A DNA stretch of 64,000 bases from Vairimorpha necatrix (taxonomy: Eukaryota), in NCBI GenBank assembly GCA_036630325.1, contig CP142730.1, forward strand, positions 310,001 through 374,000, read 5' to 3'. Under the pieces are notes generated by a model. The model was not told the DNA's origin and made no database searches. It saw only the letters and a list, made by a program, of their open reading frames with translations. Positions 11,290-25,073 of the stretch are shown piece by piece. Position numbers and translations under genes: made by a program. The number at the start of each line of letters is the position of its first letter. Within the stretch, counting starts at the first letter, position 1.

Positions 11290-12533
11290 GGTTAAGTTGC
11301 GATGTTTCCCCCCCCTTAAAAAAATAAAAAAGGGGAAAAAATAAAATTATGCCCCTAAAATGAACATAAAGAATTTTAAAAAATTAATATATAAAAAGAT
11401 GGAATTATTTTTATTTCTTCTTGAAAAAAATATATTAAAGGTACCAATGTGCAATAAGTGCATGACTCCCATGACCAAAATTAGAAAAAATTTGGACAAA
11501 TATCGTTGTTACTTACGACGAAATGGGAGAAAATGCTCAAACAAAGGTAACATTTACAAAGAAAGCATTTTTAAAAGTTCTAGATTAGATATCGAAGATC
11601 TTTTAATTTTGCTGTGTGAATGGGTATAAGGTGTAAGCAATGTTTCGGCTATTATCGAATCGGATATAGATAGTAGTGCCGTATCTTGTTGTTTTACGCG
11701 TTTTAATGACGCTGTATTCTTATCCCATTTCAACTACATAAAAAACAAAACCATAGGAGGTTTAAATTGTATAGTTGAAATAGACGAGACATTGCTTGTT
11801 AAAAGTAAAAACCATAACGGTAGAATCCTTTAATAAAAAGTTTGGGTTGTGGTGGAGTAGTAAGAGGTGACAACAATTCTTTTTTTTCGAAATTGTTGAA
11901 AATCGATCAAGAACTACTCTTGTCGATTAGAAAAACGAAAAATCGACCCGGATCTACAATTATTACTGATTGTTGGCGGTGTATGAAGGGGGTTCGGAAC
12001 TATGTCCAGATTATAACTGTCGTAGTTACTTACGCTTAAACCGAGCATTTATAATGCTTGGATATTTCTTTATATTTTTATAATATTTTACCCCATCTTA
12101 TGGAAGGAGAAAAGAAACAAATGAAAATAAATAATATTACTAACAATAACTATTTACATTTAACTGTAAATCATAGCCAAAATTTTGTAAATGCAACAAC
12201 AGGCGCCCATATACAAACAATTGAGAGAATGTAGTCCATAATTAAAAGGGAATTGCGCAAAGAAGGAACAAGCCATGGTTTTTTAATGAATCTCATTCTA
12301 AAACGTTATATAGCTCGTTTTAAGTTAATTTATAGAGAATCACTACTCGAAAGAATGTTATGCTTTTTTGAGATTGATAATATATCGTTTTTAAATTACG
12401 ATTTAGCGCCCGAATTTGATTTTGAATTAATTGAACAAATTTTGTTTCCCCTTTTTTTTATTTTTTCCCCTTTTTTTATTTTTATCCCTTTTTTTTATTT
12501 TTTTAGGGGTGGGGGTAACATCGCAATTTAACC
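11290..12533 (+). mobile_element. Degenerate Merlin transposon (same family as 32369-35791), no TSD
   Basis: TIRs ggttaagttgcgatg / catcgcaatttaacc; transposase fragments at 11360-11629, 11842-12039 and 12253+. Confidence 0.9.
12018..12145 (+). mobile_element. 128-bp solo LTR inside Merlin
   Basis: TGTCGTAGT...ATTACTAACA flanked by TSD ATAAC (12013-12017, 12146-12150); absent from the paralogous Merlin copy at ~35060. Confidence 0.8.
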
Positions 12534-13243
12534 AAAAAAAACTATAAAAAGGAATTATTTCTAGCCCTTCACCGAGATATGAAAGAGCATAATTACAATA
12601 AACAATTTGCAAAAAAAACTTATTTAGGCACACAAAGCAGCAATGGAGGCAGCTGGTGTCACAATGGCGACAACGGCAAAGCCAATGATAATATAGAGGG
12701 TATTATCAAGAAGTTAGCTGGGATCATAACCTCAGAGAAATTTAAAAAATTTAGGGGGACTAGAGAAGAAAACCCAAAAGAATTTATTTCACAATTTTCA
12801 GAAATAGAGGGTGAGAAGACATCCGAACAATTATATAAAAATATAAGAACAAAACTTGAGTTTAAAGCATTATCATGGTTTGAAGCAAAAGAGGGCTTCG
12901 AGATTGCAGATCTAGAAAGTTTTAAAAAAGAGCTCAAAGATGAATATCTTCCGGCAGAAGAAGCCGATGACAATGAGAAATCTTCCTGGGAACAGATTCT
13001 TAAAGGCCCAAGTTTTCAAGACATAGTTACATATATAGATGAATTCATGAAACTCTCAAGACGAGAAGATAAGAAGCTAATACATGCTATAAAAAACCAT
13101 GGAGCATATAAACAGTGACAATTACTTGGAAGATAAATTATACGAATGCAGAACGTGGAAAGATCTGCTAAGCTTTGGCAAGAGATACGAGCAGAAATAA
13201 ATCTACAAATAAAATTCAAAATAAATCATAACGTGTCAAATAC

Positions 13244-15283
13244 GGTGACCGGAAGTTTCGAAAAAAAAATAAAAATAAAACTTTAATATTTCAATAATTT
13301 CAAAGACAAAATCTAACCAACCACTTCATCCACAGTTTTATTCAAAAAATCAGCTAGCCGAATCTCTTTTTCAATGTATTTTTGTTTACGTTCAAAAACA
13401 TGATTTAAAATTGTTTGTTGGATTATCTTGATTCGCACTATATCTTCTTTATCCTTTAACTTGCTCACTAATAGATAAAAACTGTATCGACTTGTACCAA
13501 ATGTGTTTTTAAAGGTATTATGCCAACCTTCAATCGCATTATTAGTTCTTGGAAAATCTATATCCATATTATTTCTCGTATGCCACAAATTCGGTGGAAA
13601 ACGACATCCTAAATCAATATAATTTGTAAAGAAATAGGCATATAACTCAGTCAAGCATTCAGGGAAATTTCTGTCTTGTTTTAATTCCAAAAAAGTAGAC
13701 AATATTTCGTCATAGTCAACATATGCAAGTGCCGTAAGAGACAAAACAAATTTTTTCACCATAGGTGAACATGTGTAAACAGAAGAAAGTCCTGAACTTT
13801 TAACACGTCTATCAATAGCCTGGGCTAAGTGAAAAAGACAACCCGAAATTTGACAATCCGGGAAAATTATTGAAAATGCTCTTATCGCAGCATACTCAAA
13901 ATCGGTTTTTATCAACCTTGGGTTGAGCTCTGGAAACCTTCTCTTTAACATTTGAAACAAAAAACAATAGGTTTCAAAACTTTTATCTTTTAAAATTGCA
14001 AATATTATCGGAAATACATGCGCTTCACGGATAAAACTAATTGTGTAAAGTTGTTAATATTAATTGGAACCACCGTAAAGGTCCCATCCATCGCCCACAT
14101 GTCATATAGAGCCAGTTTTTCCATAGCCGAATCTGTATAAAAAACTATTATACTGTCATTGGGTTTATCACTCCCGTAATTTTCAGGCCCATATCGATAC
14201 CATTGTTCGCCTGTATGACTGATTAATAAATCAGCACATAAACCCAATGTTTGGTTGGCGTATGGTTTTGGATTAAAGAAATTTAGCCTAGCTTTCCTTA
14301 ATATTCTCGTAATAGGCTCAATAGGGCCTATTGCGGCGATTGTTTCTTCACCAGCTTTTCTTAAGGAAGAAAAAAAAATGTTTCTAGGAGAATCTTTGCC
14401 AGAGATAATTTCCCGTTTCATTTTATCTATTTTATTCTTCCTACAGACCTGTTCAGGATTTGGTTCATGATTATGAGGCGAAGAAATAATAAAGGATTCG
14501 AGATTATTGACGTAAACAATACTACTAATGGCCTTGGCATTACAGCTTCGTACAATGCAGCGCCACTTTATAGTAGTATTGTTGATTCTTTTTTTCTCGT
14601 AAATATATAGATTTTCATCTATTATTTGGTCCATATTTCTTTTGCTTTTAATGATCCTTTTTGTCCCGGTCATAGGGGTAAAAAATCATATATATAAAAG
14701 AATTTTATTTAATTTTTTACCCATCTTTTTTGTCAATTTTAAATTTCCACACTATATATTTTAAGCTTTCTATGTTATTTAAATATCATATATAGATTTA
14801 TAGCGATAATTTGACTATTCTAAGTGTGTATGTTATTAGTTAATACTTTTTAATTTTGATTATTATTTTTGTTAAACTCAGTTCCAAAATATCGTCAGAA
14901 TCGTTTTTTAGAATTTATTTAACCCTTCTAGAAAAAATTCACAAAAACATGTACCAAAAAAAAAACAGCATAAAAGTGTTAAAATTGAGTTTAGAAGTTC
15001 CCGAAATTATTTCAATATGACTCAAAAGTGTTTTTAACTCAACTTTACTCCTAATATGTTACTAAAAAGTATTTTTGAAAAAGATGATTTCATCCTATCA
15101 AATTCAATCATCCCAAAATGTAAACTCAAAAAAATTCAAGGATCAAAGACATATTAAAAAACTAAACATTTCGATCCCGTTTTCAAAACGGGAAAGCATA
15201 CGCTAGTTAAAAAATAAAAAAGTTCGTTTTTTTATTTTTTAATTTTTTTAACCCCTATGACCGGGACGAAAAGACCGGGTACC
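13244..15283 (-). mobile_element. MULE (Mutator-like) transposon
   Basis: 9-bp TSD GTCAAATAC at 13235-13243 and 15284-15292; imperfect TIRs ggtgaccggaagtttcg / cgaaaagaccgggtacc. Confidence 0.9.
13313..14673 (-). pseudogene. MULE transposase with FLYWCH domain, one frameshift near 14040
   Basis: KWRC..RSC...HNHEP (FLYWCH), MDGTF, TDFE.A, GCLFHLAQ, RTNNAIEGWHN. Confidence 0.9.
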
Positions 15284-15893
15284 GTCAAATACCAACAAGC
15301 GAGAGTATAACCCCAAGAACAAGTAAGGTAAATTGAAAAAGACATTTCGATAAAGATAGCTGCAACAATTGATAGCGTGGATGATCTAAGACCTCGAATA
15401 ATGTTTAAAAGTGCTTCTATTAAAGTAAACATACTCCTTGATACAGGAGCAACTACCTCTCTTATAAGGAAAGACGTAGCAAAGAAACTCAAACTAAAAA
15501 TGAGACCGACAAACACATCAATCAAAGGAATAAATGGCAAAATGCCAATAAAGGAAACTGCTACCTTACGAATTAAATTTCAAATAACATAAGTAACATA
15601 GAATGGCAAGTCCTTGAAGAGGCAGACGAAGAACTGATTCTTGGAATATCAGAAATACGAGAGTTGAACTTATCTAAGTTTATTTTTAAAAAGGACAATC
15701 CCCAGGATAAACAAAGAAAAAAGAAAATAGTATTAGTTTCCAAACTAGTAAATAAGGAGCCTGAAGAAGTAGACAGACGAACTAAACTTGGATTATGGAA
15801 TAATTAAAACTTCTCTGATAGAATCAACGAAATCATATCTAAATATAAATCTATCTTCTTAAAGAGCAACACCAAAAACACATTAGAATTGCA

Positions 15894-16994
15894 GGTACAT
15901 GACCGTTTGGAACCCGCTTTGGGAAATGAACCCGCTTTGAAAATTTAAAGGGCCCCCTTTCAAAAAATGGCAAGATTGACAAAAACAAATTTTGTTGAAG
16001 AAGATGAGCTTTTTAGTGATGAAATGTTTTTAAACATGTAAATAAATGAAAATTTTAATTTGGAAACATTTTATGATGCTGAGACAGCGTGTATATTTCT
16101 GGCACGCAGTTCATTAATAAAAAACAACTTTTTTTGTACTGTATGCAGCTCTGAAAGGCCAATGAAATTGATTAGAAGAATAAGATTATTAGACAAATAT
16201 GTTTGGAATTGCACAAAACCTTGTACGGCTTCTAAATTTGTCAGAAAGGACTCTATTTTTGAAAATACCAAATTAAGTTCTTATAAAATTATAAGAATGA
16301 TATATAAGTATATCAAAAGAGTTTCTTTTCTCGATATAGCAAATGATCTTGAGCTAGACAGAAAAACCGTAAGTACATATGGTATGCTCTGCAGAGATCG
16401 CATAATCGAGGAAGTGACCAATAATAGTCAGAGGTTAGGAGGTCGTGATGAGTTCGGCATTCCTAAAGTAGTGGAGATCGACGAGAGTCTATTCTTTCGT
16501 GCCAAATATAATCGTGGTATATAGGAGGAGTTGAAAGAGGTTCTAGAAAGGCCTTTCTCGTCCCTGTAGCTAGTAGAAATACTGCTACGCTTCTTGAGGT
16601 AGTACAAGATAATGTATTGCCTGGTTCTATTGTGATCACTGATCAATGGAGAGCATATGGTGCTGCATTTAGACAAACTACGGGGATGGAGCATAGGACT
16701 GTGAATCACTCTATCAATTTCGTAAATCCTAACGATCCCGAGACACATACTCAACAAATTGAAGGATTTTGGTCTCTTTCGAAGAGAGATATTCGGTCTA
16801 GACATGGAATAAACCAGGACGAGCACTATGAGTATCTTTTACAGTTTCTATGGTCTTATCAAATACAAAAAAACCAAAGAATTAATCGACTTCTTTCATT
16901 ATTCAAAATAAATCGTTAAGTCTCTTTTTTTATAATTTTTTTTATTTTTCCTTTTTTTGAAATTTTAAGAGCGGGTTCCAAACGGTCATGTGCC
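15894..16994 (+). mobile_element. Merlin transposon (frameshifted transposase 16060-16919)
   Basis: TIRs ggtacatgaccgtttggaacccgc / gcgggttccaaacggtcatgtgcc; TSD GAATTGCA; motifs VVEIDES, ITDQWRAY, HTQQIEGFWS. Confidence 0.93.
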
Positions 16995-17447
16995 GAATTG
17001 CAACATGCAATTATATTGGTGCACTGGCCAGAGAAAATAACATGTGGTAAATATAAAAGAACACCAGAAGATCACGAATTCATAAAAAATGAAGTCATAT
17101 AATTTCTTGAATGAGGACTGATTGAAGAAAGCAACAGCAACTTCATCTCTCTAGTTGTCATCGTCAAAAGAGAAGGGAAAAGCCCAAGATTCTGCATTGA
17201 CTACAGGAAACTAAATAAACTAACCGTAAAAATAGAATACCCAATACCGCGAATAGACGAAACCCTAGACACACTATCAGGAGCTAAATATTACAACACA
17301 CTAGATATGGAGAGTGGGTATCATCAAGTCTACTTAAGAGAAAGCGATAAAGAAACCTCCGCATTCTATACAAGAGAAGGCATCTTTCAATGGAAAAGAA
17401 TGCCATTTGGATTAATAAACGCTCCGTTTACATGTCAGAAAATAATG

Positions 17448-18557
17448 GGCGCTCCTTAAATTCAAAATCACAGGGGTTAAAAAAATTAAAAAATTTACGA
17501 ACATGTATTGTAAACATTCTACAAAAAAATTACAAATGCCCTTATGATTTTGAATTTAAGGAAAGCGATTTTGTGAATTTTAATTTTTTAACCCTAATGC
17601 AAGTTAGAAATCTCTACAGCATAATATTTGTTGAAGAAGAAGCAGCTATAGAGTACTTAAAGGCTTTAAACTTTTACAGAAATACTATAAAGTGTGACTG
17701 TGGTTGTTTTATGAACCAAGTAAAATCTAAAAACTACTTGGGAGGAATCTGCTTTTATTGTACAAATAGCTTCAAAAAGCGAAAAAGCAATAAAAAGGGC
17801 ACTTTTATACAAAAGTCCAGGATGATTACGCACATACAACTGAGAATGTTGTATTGCTGGGTGACGAAAATGACCAACACAATGGTCTCAGTAACATGTG
17901 AGGTCTCCGAGTCCACCTACATTTCTTTTAAGGGCTTTATCCTAGAAAAAATAAAAAAATGAAATAAATACATTTTTTGTAAGAATAGGTGGGCCGAGAA
18001 TTACTATTCAAGTCGACGAGACAGCAATATGTGGAGGTAGTATAATAACAAATCCTACGACAGAAGAAGAAGACATCCTGGGACGACTTGGCTAGTCGGA
18101 GGTATAGAAAATGAAAGCAACAATTGCTTCTTAAAAATAGTTCCTAATAGGACAGCCCCTATAATGCTAGATCTATTTAGGGAGTATGTAGTTGTAGGAA
18201 CTACAATAAGAATTGATGGGGTTGCTTAGTATCATTCTGCTGTTCGCGATTTCAAATCTGTTCATGAAGTCGTTAATCATAGTGTTGGTTTTAATAACGA
18301 CAATGGACAACATACTAACAAAATAGAGAATCTGTGGAGTCATTTGAAGACCGAATTGAGAACAAGAAGAGGAATAATGAAGGTAAACATGGAAGGTTTT
18401 ATATACGAGTTTTAATTTAGATCTAAATATTTAAAAGAGAAGAATTTTGATACTTATGCAGAAACTGTTAACAGAATACTCTTGTTAGAATAAATGTTTC
18501 TTGTTTTTACTTTTTTTAATTTTTTTAACCCCTGTGATTTTGAATTTAAGGAGCGCC
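17448..18557 (+). mobile_element. Merlin transposon, degenerate
   Basis: ~45-bp TIR ggcgctccttaaattcaaaatcacagggg...; TSD AAATAATG at 17440-17447 and 18558-18565; remnants IQVDET and HTNKIENLWSHLK. Confidence 0.92.
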
Positions 18558-18566
18558 AAATAATGA

Positions 18567-18639
18567 GGTGCCCTTGGCCGAGTGGTCGAAGGGATGTTCT
18601 CATTGACCATTGGGCTGGGTTCGAGTCCCAGGGGCACCA
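18567..18639 (+). ncRNA. tRNA-like SINE head (tRNA-Met(CAT)-like)
   Basis: Acceptor stem GGTGCCC/GGGCACC+A, A box TGGCCGAGTGG, T arm CTGGG-TTCGAGT-CCCAG, anticodon loop CTCATTG on an imperfect stem. Confidence 0.75.
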
Positions 18640-19363
18640 AATTGTTTCTACTTTCTATGATGCAGTTGGAACAACTCAGATGATGAAAATGTCCACGGTA
18701 ATCATTAAGTTGATTCAATGAAACTTGTGTGTGTCCAGCCACAAGGGGATTAGCATCTAGTGTAGAAACGCACCTTAAGGCCAAAAAGCAGTATCGCCCT
18801 TTGGTGACTTAATGATACATAAAAGTATCTAATGGGTACGGCCTAGTTGGAGCCCATGGCTGGTGCACTCTAGAGTGGGATCCTAGAGCTAACTATGAGA
18901 CTAGACGAAGTAGGGCAATAGAAGGTCTCGTGGACCCTATCCTACATGATTCTGTAACACGGTGGCCGAAACTAGTGGGAGACTGGTGGTCAACGCAGTC
19001 CAATAAAAATGCCGGGCTGGGGATGTGGTCGTGTAAGGAGCCGTGTGTGCGATACAGATGATTGTAGGGACCTTTGAGTCAGTACGATGATGTCTCTCCT
19101 CGGGTTATAGATAACCATGCCCGTTAAGTATATCCGCTGTGAGGTCACTCTGGACGCGATTTGAGGTATAAATGGAAAGTGTTCTCCTGGAGCCAAAGTC
19201 CAATGGATACGGCGGAGCTTGCTGCACCGGCAAGTTATACGGAGGGAGTTTTAGTGAGTAAGAATCTCACAGTACCAGTTGGAAAAGGATCACACCCAAA
19301 TCCCTCTGGTCCCTATGTAAGGTTTCTCCCTACCTCTTACTTGCAAAGAAAAAAAAAAAAAAA
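18567..19363 (+). mobile_element. tRNA-derived SINE (~800 bp) with poly-A tail
   Basis: tRNA-like head, GC-richer body with no T5 run, A tail, and TSD gcgccaaataatga at 18553-18566 and 19364-19377. A second partial copy lies at 10030-10200. Confidence 0.88.
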
Positions 19364-19840
19364 GCGCCAAATAATGAACAGACTATTCAAAAAAATACTT
19401 CATAAATTTGTAATAATTTATAAAGACGACATGTTAATATGCTCTAAATCAGCAGAAAAACACATATCACACTTAGAGACTGAATTTAGAATAATAAGAG
19501 ACATTGGATTTAAACTAAATACGAAGAAATGTAACATCTTTAAAACTTAAGTATAATTCCTAGGATACGAAATTTCAAATGGGGAAATGACGATACCAAT
19601 AAAACAGAAAGCGAAAGCACTGGAATTTGCGAAACCAAAGACCAAAAAAGATGTCAGAGCATGGATGGAATTCACATAATTCTCTAGCCAGTTTATAAAA
19701 AACTACGCGGCCAAAATGGTATCACTACATGAGTGCATAAAAGGTTAGAAAAATGAACCTTTAACCTTTGGCGATAAGGCAAAGAAATGTTCAATTAAGT
19801 AAAACAAGAAATAATTGAATCGGTAGTATTGACATAAAAT

Positions 19841-21397
19841 ATGGGGTTTACCAAACGCAAAAAAAATGAGGAAGAAACTTGCGAGATTGAGGCCGACTTA
19901 TCGACCTCTGGAGTAAAAGAAAGTGTCAATTCACTAGTATTGGAAGGCTACAAACCAGAATGTGAAGTTATCAGCTTCCGCAAGGCTGCTATTCACACAG
20001 ACCAAGAATTGATAAAATTCTGGTTACGAACAGGGACTTTATTCAACAGAATAAAGATAGAAGAAGGCAGAAATTCCAACCAAAGGTACTGTGGGAAAGC
20101 TGGGCTGATGGCTAGCCTTGCTTCATATTGTAAGAGTTCACATGGAGTGACAAGTATTCATCAGGAGTACTTAGATGCCATCTGTGAAGAGCTCAATGAA
20201 CAGAGATTCAAGCTTAAAAACTTGAAGAAGCAGCATGAGATTGAGATTTCCGTAATTTCGAAACCAACTCAACACACAAATTGATGCCCTAAAGGCTTCA
20301 AATGAAAGATTAGAGCAGAGAATTGACTTGATTCTCACTGCAAAAAAGGAGAGTGTGAAGAACCAATCACAAAAAAAGCTGATCGTACTGATCAAAAAAA
20401 GGAAAAAGGAGAAATTTGGTGTCTTCTCTAAAGCTCAAATAAAGGATCTTATCATCCAGTACCACTAATGTGTTTTTACGGAAGGTAACCGCTGCCGTAA
20501 AAGGAAACAGGAAATTGTTGAATAAAATATTCTTCTAACAGAAAAGACGGAGAATGACTGGACAATCATTCTTAAAAATTGTGATATGAAACCAAAGGAT
20601 TCAAAAAAAGCTGATGCCTCAAAAACAGCAGATGCCAATAGGTTTGCCCCATTCCTAGAAGGCGTAGAAAAAAACTTCATCTGTGATACGAAACAGTTGA
20701 AAGTACCCGCTTTAAGTTCTAAAACTTGTAAAAAAAAACACTGAAAGATGATTTGTTACTGTCATCTATAAAAGGTTGTCCGAAGTCGAAATCTATGACT
20801 GAGCGCAAATCCAAGATGAAGAAAACTTCTTCATCTAAGGCACCTTCTTCTCACATTACGAGGAAGAAACAAACGAATTGGATAGATAAGCTATCCAGAG
20901 AAGAGTTGCTAGACCTAGCAATAAACGGAAAGAGGCTCAAAGACTGCAAATACAAAATTGTAGTCGCTCATGGTCCCCCTCGAGGGAAACACATTATTAG
21001 GGAGACCTGGGCCAAATTAATGGGCATAGAGGAAAAGAACATTCCGATAGTAAAAGACATTGAAGGCGAGGGCAGAATTTTTCTCATTAGAGATGAATTC
21101 TGCTTTCAAGCTGCAGAAGCTCTTGAGAACGCTTCAGAAAATGTAAGAGTATTAGTTGCCGAAAACGAAGTAGACAATTATATCTCTAGGAACAGATCAG
21201 CTTTGACTAAAATATTCTCCGATCTTCGTCAAAATTGGAGGAAGTATGTGTCTGTCGATAAGGCAATAAAAGTTATAAAAAACGGTCTATCTGACAAGCC
21301 TACAGTAAGCCATGAAGAGTTCTTTCTATCCGAGTTAAACTTTGAACATCTCGGGAAAGACAGGAAAGTTGATAGTAAACATCACAATGAACAGTGA
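19841..21397 (+). pseudogene. LINE ORF1 (frameshifted; coiled-coil-like and basic regions)
   Basis: Pieces 19841-20284 and 20753-21397 lie upstream of ORF2 within the TSD-bounded element. Confidence 0.7.
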
Positions 21398-21576
21398 TAA
21401 AAATGCTATTATTAAAAGATTTTTATTAAATAATATATATTATAATAAAAAACAAGTTATACGGCTTCTTGGCTGTACCAAAATTAATTGTCTACCCAAC
21501 AATTCACCAAAAGTTAGTAACTTTACTAATAAAAGATATGGATGTAAACTGAGATTTAAATCTCATGTCTATATCA

Positions 21577-24500
21577 TGGTAAAAGCTAGAATGCTGAGAA
21601 CAAGCATTCAAAAGGGGTTGTGTCTAGTTAAAACAATGGCCAACCATATCAATGAAGAAGAACTCCGACAACAGTTAGACAGAGTGTCAACGGGATTATC
21701 GGACTCCCTTATCTATACCAGAAATCATCGCAGAAAAGATGCTAACTTCAAATTCTGCGTAGTCAGAAGGTCAAGAAAAAAGGAAATTTCTGAAGCCATG
21801 GATATACCTGGCCTAGAAATATTAAAAGAAATTCCAACTCGTGATAGGGCGGAGAATAAAAGAAGATGCAAGTCCATAGAGAAGGCCAAGCTCTATAGTC
21901 TTAACATCAACCATTTCTACGGAAAGAAGGAGGACTTGGAAATCCTCCTTAAAGTAGAAAAGCCAACAGTCTTGTGTCTTCAAGAAACTTGGAAGAAATC
22001 CTTAGGTTCTACGAGACTAGAAAAGTATATGGTGGTGGAGACACCAGCCATAGGAAAGAATCGGCCAGGTCTAATGACTCTAGTCAGAAAAGACGGGGCA
22101 GTAAGATGTTCCAAAAGGGGGATGACGACAATATTCTACAAACTGTCGTTGAATTCAAAACCAGTACGGGATGGACAAAGGTCTTAATAATCAATGTTTA
22201 CGTTCCACAAGAGAGAGAGAGAGTTAAAGGCCGAAACTCTAAGTAAAGTAATTAACCTTCTTAGTATTGAGAAGGATAAAAGAAACTACAAGGAGATTGT
22301 AGTGGTGGGGGATATGAATACTAGTGATTCTTCCCTCAAAAAGAAGCTTGCTATCGCAGGGTTAAGCCCCGCAATAAACTATAACAGATTATCAGGGACA
22401 AGAATCCTGAGTGATGGACAAGTCTCTAAAAGACGTATTGATACGATATTTAGGGTCTTAATTCGGGACAACGAGAAAGTAACAATTTCTCGAAGATGGA
22501 CGGTAAGTGATCATCTCTTGCTGAAGAGAATGATATCTCTTCCTTCTCCAGTGAGAGAACGGTCATTTGCCTACAATAGGAAGAAACTTGAGCATCCAGG
22601 AATGGAAGCTAAGCTTTCAAGAAAGTTGAATGAAAAAACATTCACACTAGATGAACTCTCTAGAGTTTTAAAAGACATTTGTATATCCTCCAAAATATAC
22701 AGTAAAGTGGGGGCATTCAAAGGACTGCCCATCAGATGGAGACACGTAAATGTCTTTAAAAGTTTTAGATATGCTACTAAGCGTATGCTAACGAATAGGT
22801 CCGTAACGTCTGTGCATATGTACATGTTACTGAAGGATAAGATTAAGGCAACAAAGATAAAAGTTCGGAAAGATCGAGCCAAACTTTGGGCCTTCAAGGG
22901 CATTGAGCTCTATAAAAGTAACAGATCCAGAGACTTCTGGAAATGGTTGAAAGGTTCTTCTAACGTCACTGTTAGATTAGACAATGTTTGCTTGAAAGAT
23001 GTATCAGGCATGGCTCATAACGAGCATAAAAAGAAGTTAGAGATAGCCAATGACTTTTACGCTAATCTAGTTAACTCAATTTCAGACGTTGAAATTGTCA
23101 TAAAAGGATATCGAAAGGGATACTCCAGAGAACATCTATGGAGGAATTATTGAGAGCCACTAATAACTGTGGCAACAACGGGGCAGCTGGGCCGGATAAA
23201 ATTCCAACCGAGCTATACAAGGTACTACTTAAACCTAGTTTAGTAGATAAAAAGCTACCTCTGTTCCTTGTGAACGAGTTCAACATAATACTAACAGGAG
23301 ACAGCCCTCCTGTTAGCTGGAGTGCTGCTGGCATGATTTGCCTTCATAAAAAAGTAGATGTGTCAGATCTCAACAACTATAGAGGAATTGCGCTAATTAA
23401 CACAATAAGCAAAATTTACTTAAAAATAGTAAACGACAGATATACACAGTTTGTTGAAAAAAATAACATTCTTTTTTCTTTCCAAGCCGGATTTAGAGAA
23501 GGAGATGAATGTATGAATCAGATTGCAATCTTGCTGGAAGTTATTAAAAGAAAACAATTTCGAAGTCAACAAACATTTCTATGTTTTATTGACTTTGAAA
23601 AAGCTTACGACAATGTTAGCCATGAGCTACTATTTAATAAGCTATAAAGGTATAGTATTCCAAGATATTTTATAAACACATTGAAAGATATCTATGGAAA
23701 TACTAAGATGAGAATCCGTATAAACGGAGACACAAGTAGTGAATATCTCTACAAAAAAGGTGTGCGACCGGAAGCCCCTGTTCTCCTACGCTGTTCAATC
23801 TATTCATAAATGATATTTATGACGGCATAATAGGATTGGGCGTTCCTCGCTCAAATTTAAGCCTGCCCGGACTGATGTTTGCAGATGACATCGTAGTTCT
23901 AGGCAATACTCTTGCTGATTTGAAACACAAAGTATGTCAAATCAGCAGATGGGCAATTGAGAATCGTATGAAGATCAACTGTGACAAAAGTGATATCTTA
24001 GTATGGGATGCCAATAATAGATCCGAGTCTGTAGATGTCGATATCAGGACTGACTTTGGAAAAATCGGGGAAGTCGCCGAATACAGGTATTTGGATGTTC
24101 TTATAAAAAGATCTACTATAGAAGAACACTTAGTAAGAGATGGAGCCTTCAAAGCAAAAAAGCTTTACAAGTCTTGAAACCAAAGCTTCTTAATAAAGAA
24201 ATTAATATAGCTTTTAAAGGTATTTTTATAAAAAATGTGCTATTTCCCTCACTAATGTACGTAAGTGAATTATGGGGAATGTCTAGTATAAGGTCTGGTG
24301 GGATCAATAGAATCCTAAGAAAAGCGATCCGAATGATATTTCGAACCAAGATAGTGCCATTAGATAAGATAATGGACGAACTCTGTATGAATAGAGTTCA
24401 CATACAGGCGGCCCTAAGTAGATTTAGGGCATTAAGGAAGTGGAAACACAATAAAACCATTATCTCGGAATTTATTAACCAACCTCCGAGGGAAAGGAAA

Positions 24501-25073
24501 ACAACGTGGAGTTCGAGGACTAGACGTTGGTGTAAGAGATATATAGGGAACGATTATGAAAGCATTGCCTACATTATAGGCAAGAACAAGATTTTAGAGG
24601 TACTTAAGGCAAGAGGTTCTTACAACACCACTTTAGGTGCTCTAATAGCAGATAAGTATGGAATCTATGACTCGCAGATCAAGTACATACTATCGAAATT
24701 TAATAACAGACAGGTCAGGAATTACACCAGGCTTCGGTGTAATTTAGTCAGATGGTCTTCTGCTTTGCTCAATGCCAACAGAATCCCTCCTTTTTATAGG
24801 ACTCATTGTTTCCTATGTGAGGGAGAACGAGAAGACCTTGAACACTTCTTGTTAGACTGTCCGACGCTCTCTAACACAAGATCTATATATGAGGATAAAA
24901 TATCTGAGTTGAGATCTTCAACTCAAACAAAAGAGGAGCTAGTTAAGATAATTATTGGTAACATCAATGGCATCAAAGCTTGTTTTGACAAAAGGAAGTC
25001 TCTACTTGTAAGAGTTCTTAGACAAGATGATTGTACAACGATATATCGTTGTACGAAAAAGAAAGGTTTGTAA
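21577..25073 (+). pseudogene. LINE ORF2: AP endonuclease + reverse transcriptase + C-terminal Zn knuckle
   Basis: Motifs LCLQET, VVGDMN, SDH, AAGPDKIP, NYRGIAL, QAGFR, FIDFEKAYDNV, LMFADD, CFLC...EDLEHFLLDC. Confidence 0.93.

Noticed and set aside
17390-17962. 190-aa ORF as a novel gene
   Set aside because: It reads from Gypsy RT sequence across the Merlin TIR into the transposase N-terminus, so it is a junction artefact.
18567-18639. Functional tRNA-Met gene
   Set aside because: The D and anticodon stems are mismatched, there is no T-run terminator, and it lies inside a TSD-flanked poly-A element.
18660-18750. Hammerhead-like or C/D-box-like motif in the SINE body (cagatgatga...gaaac)
   Set aside because: The core is CAGATGA, not CTGATGA; there is no UH after the putative stem III and no D box.
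18893-18910. Group I intron R-like word GAGACTAGACG in the SINE
   Set aside because: No convincing S element or P7 partner downstream.
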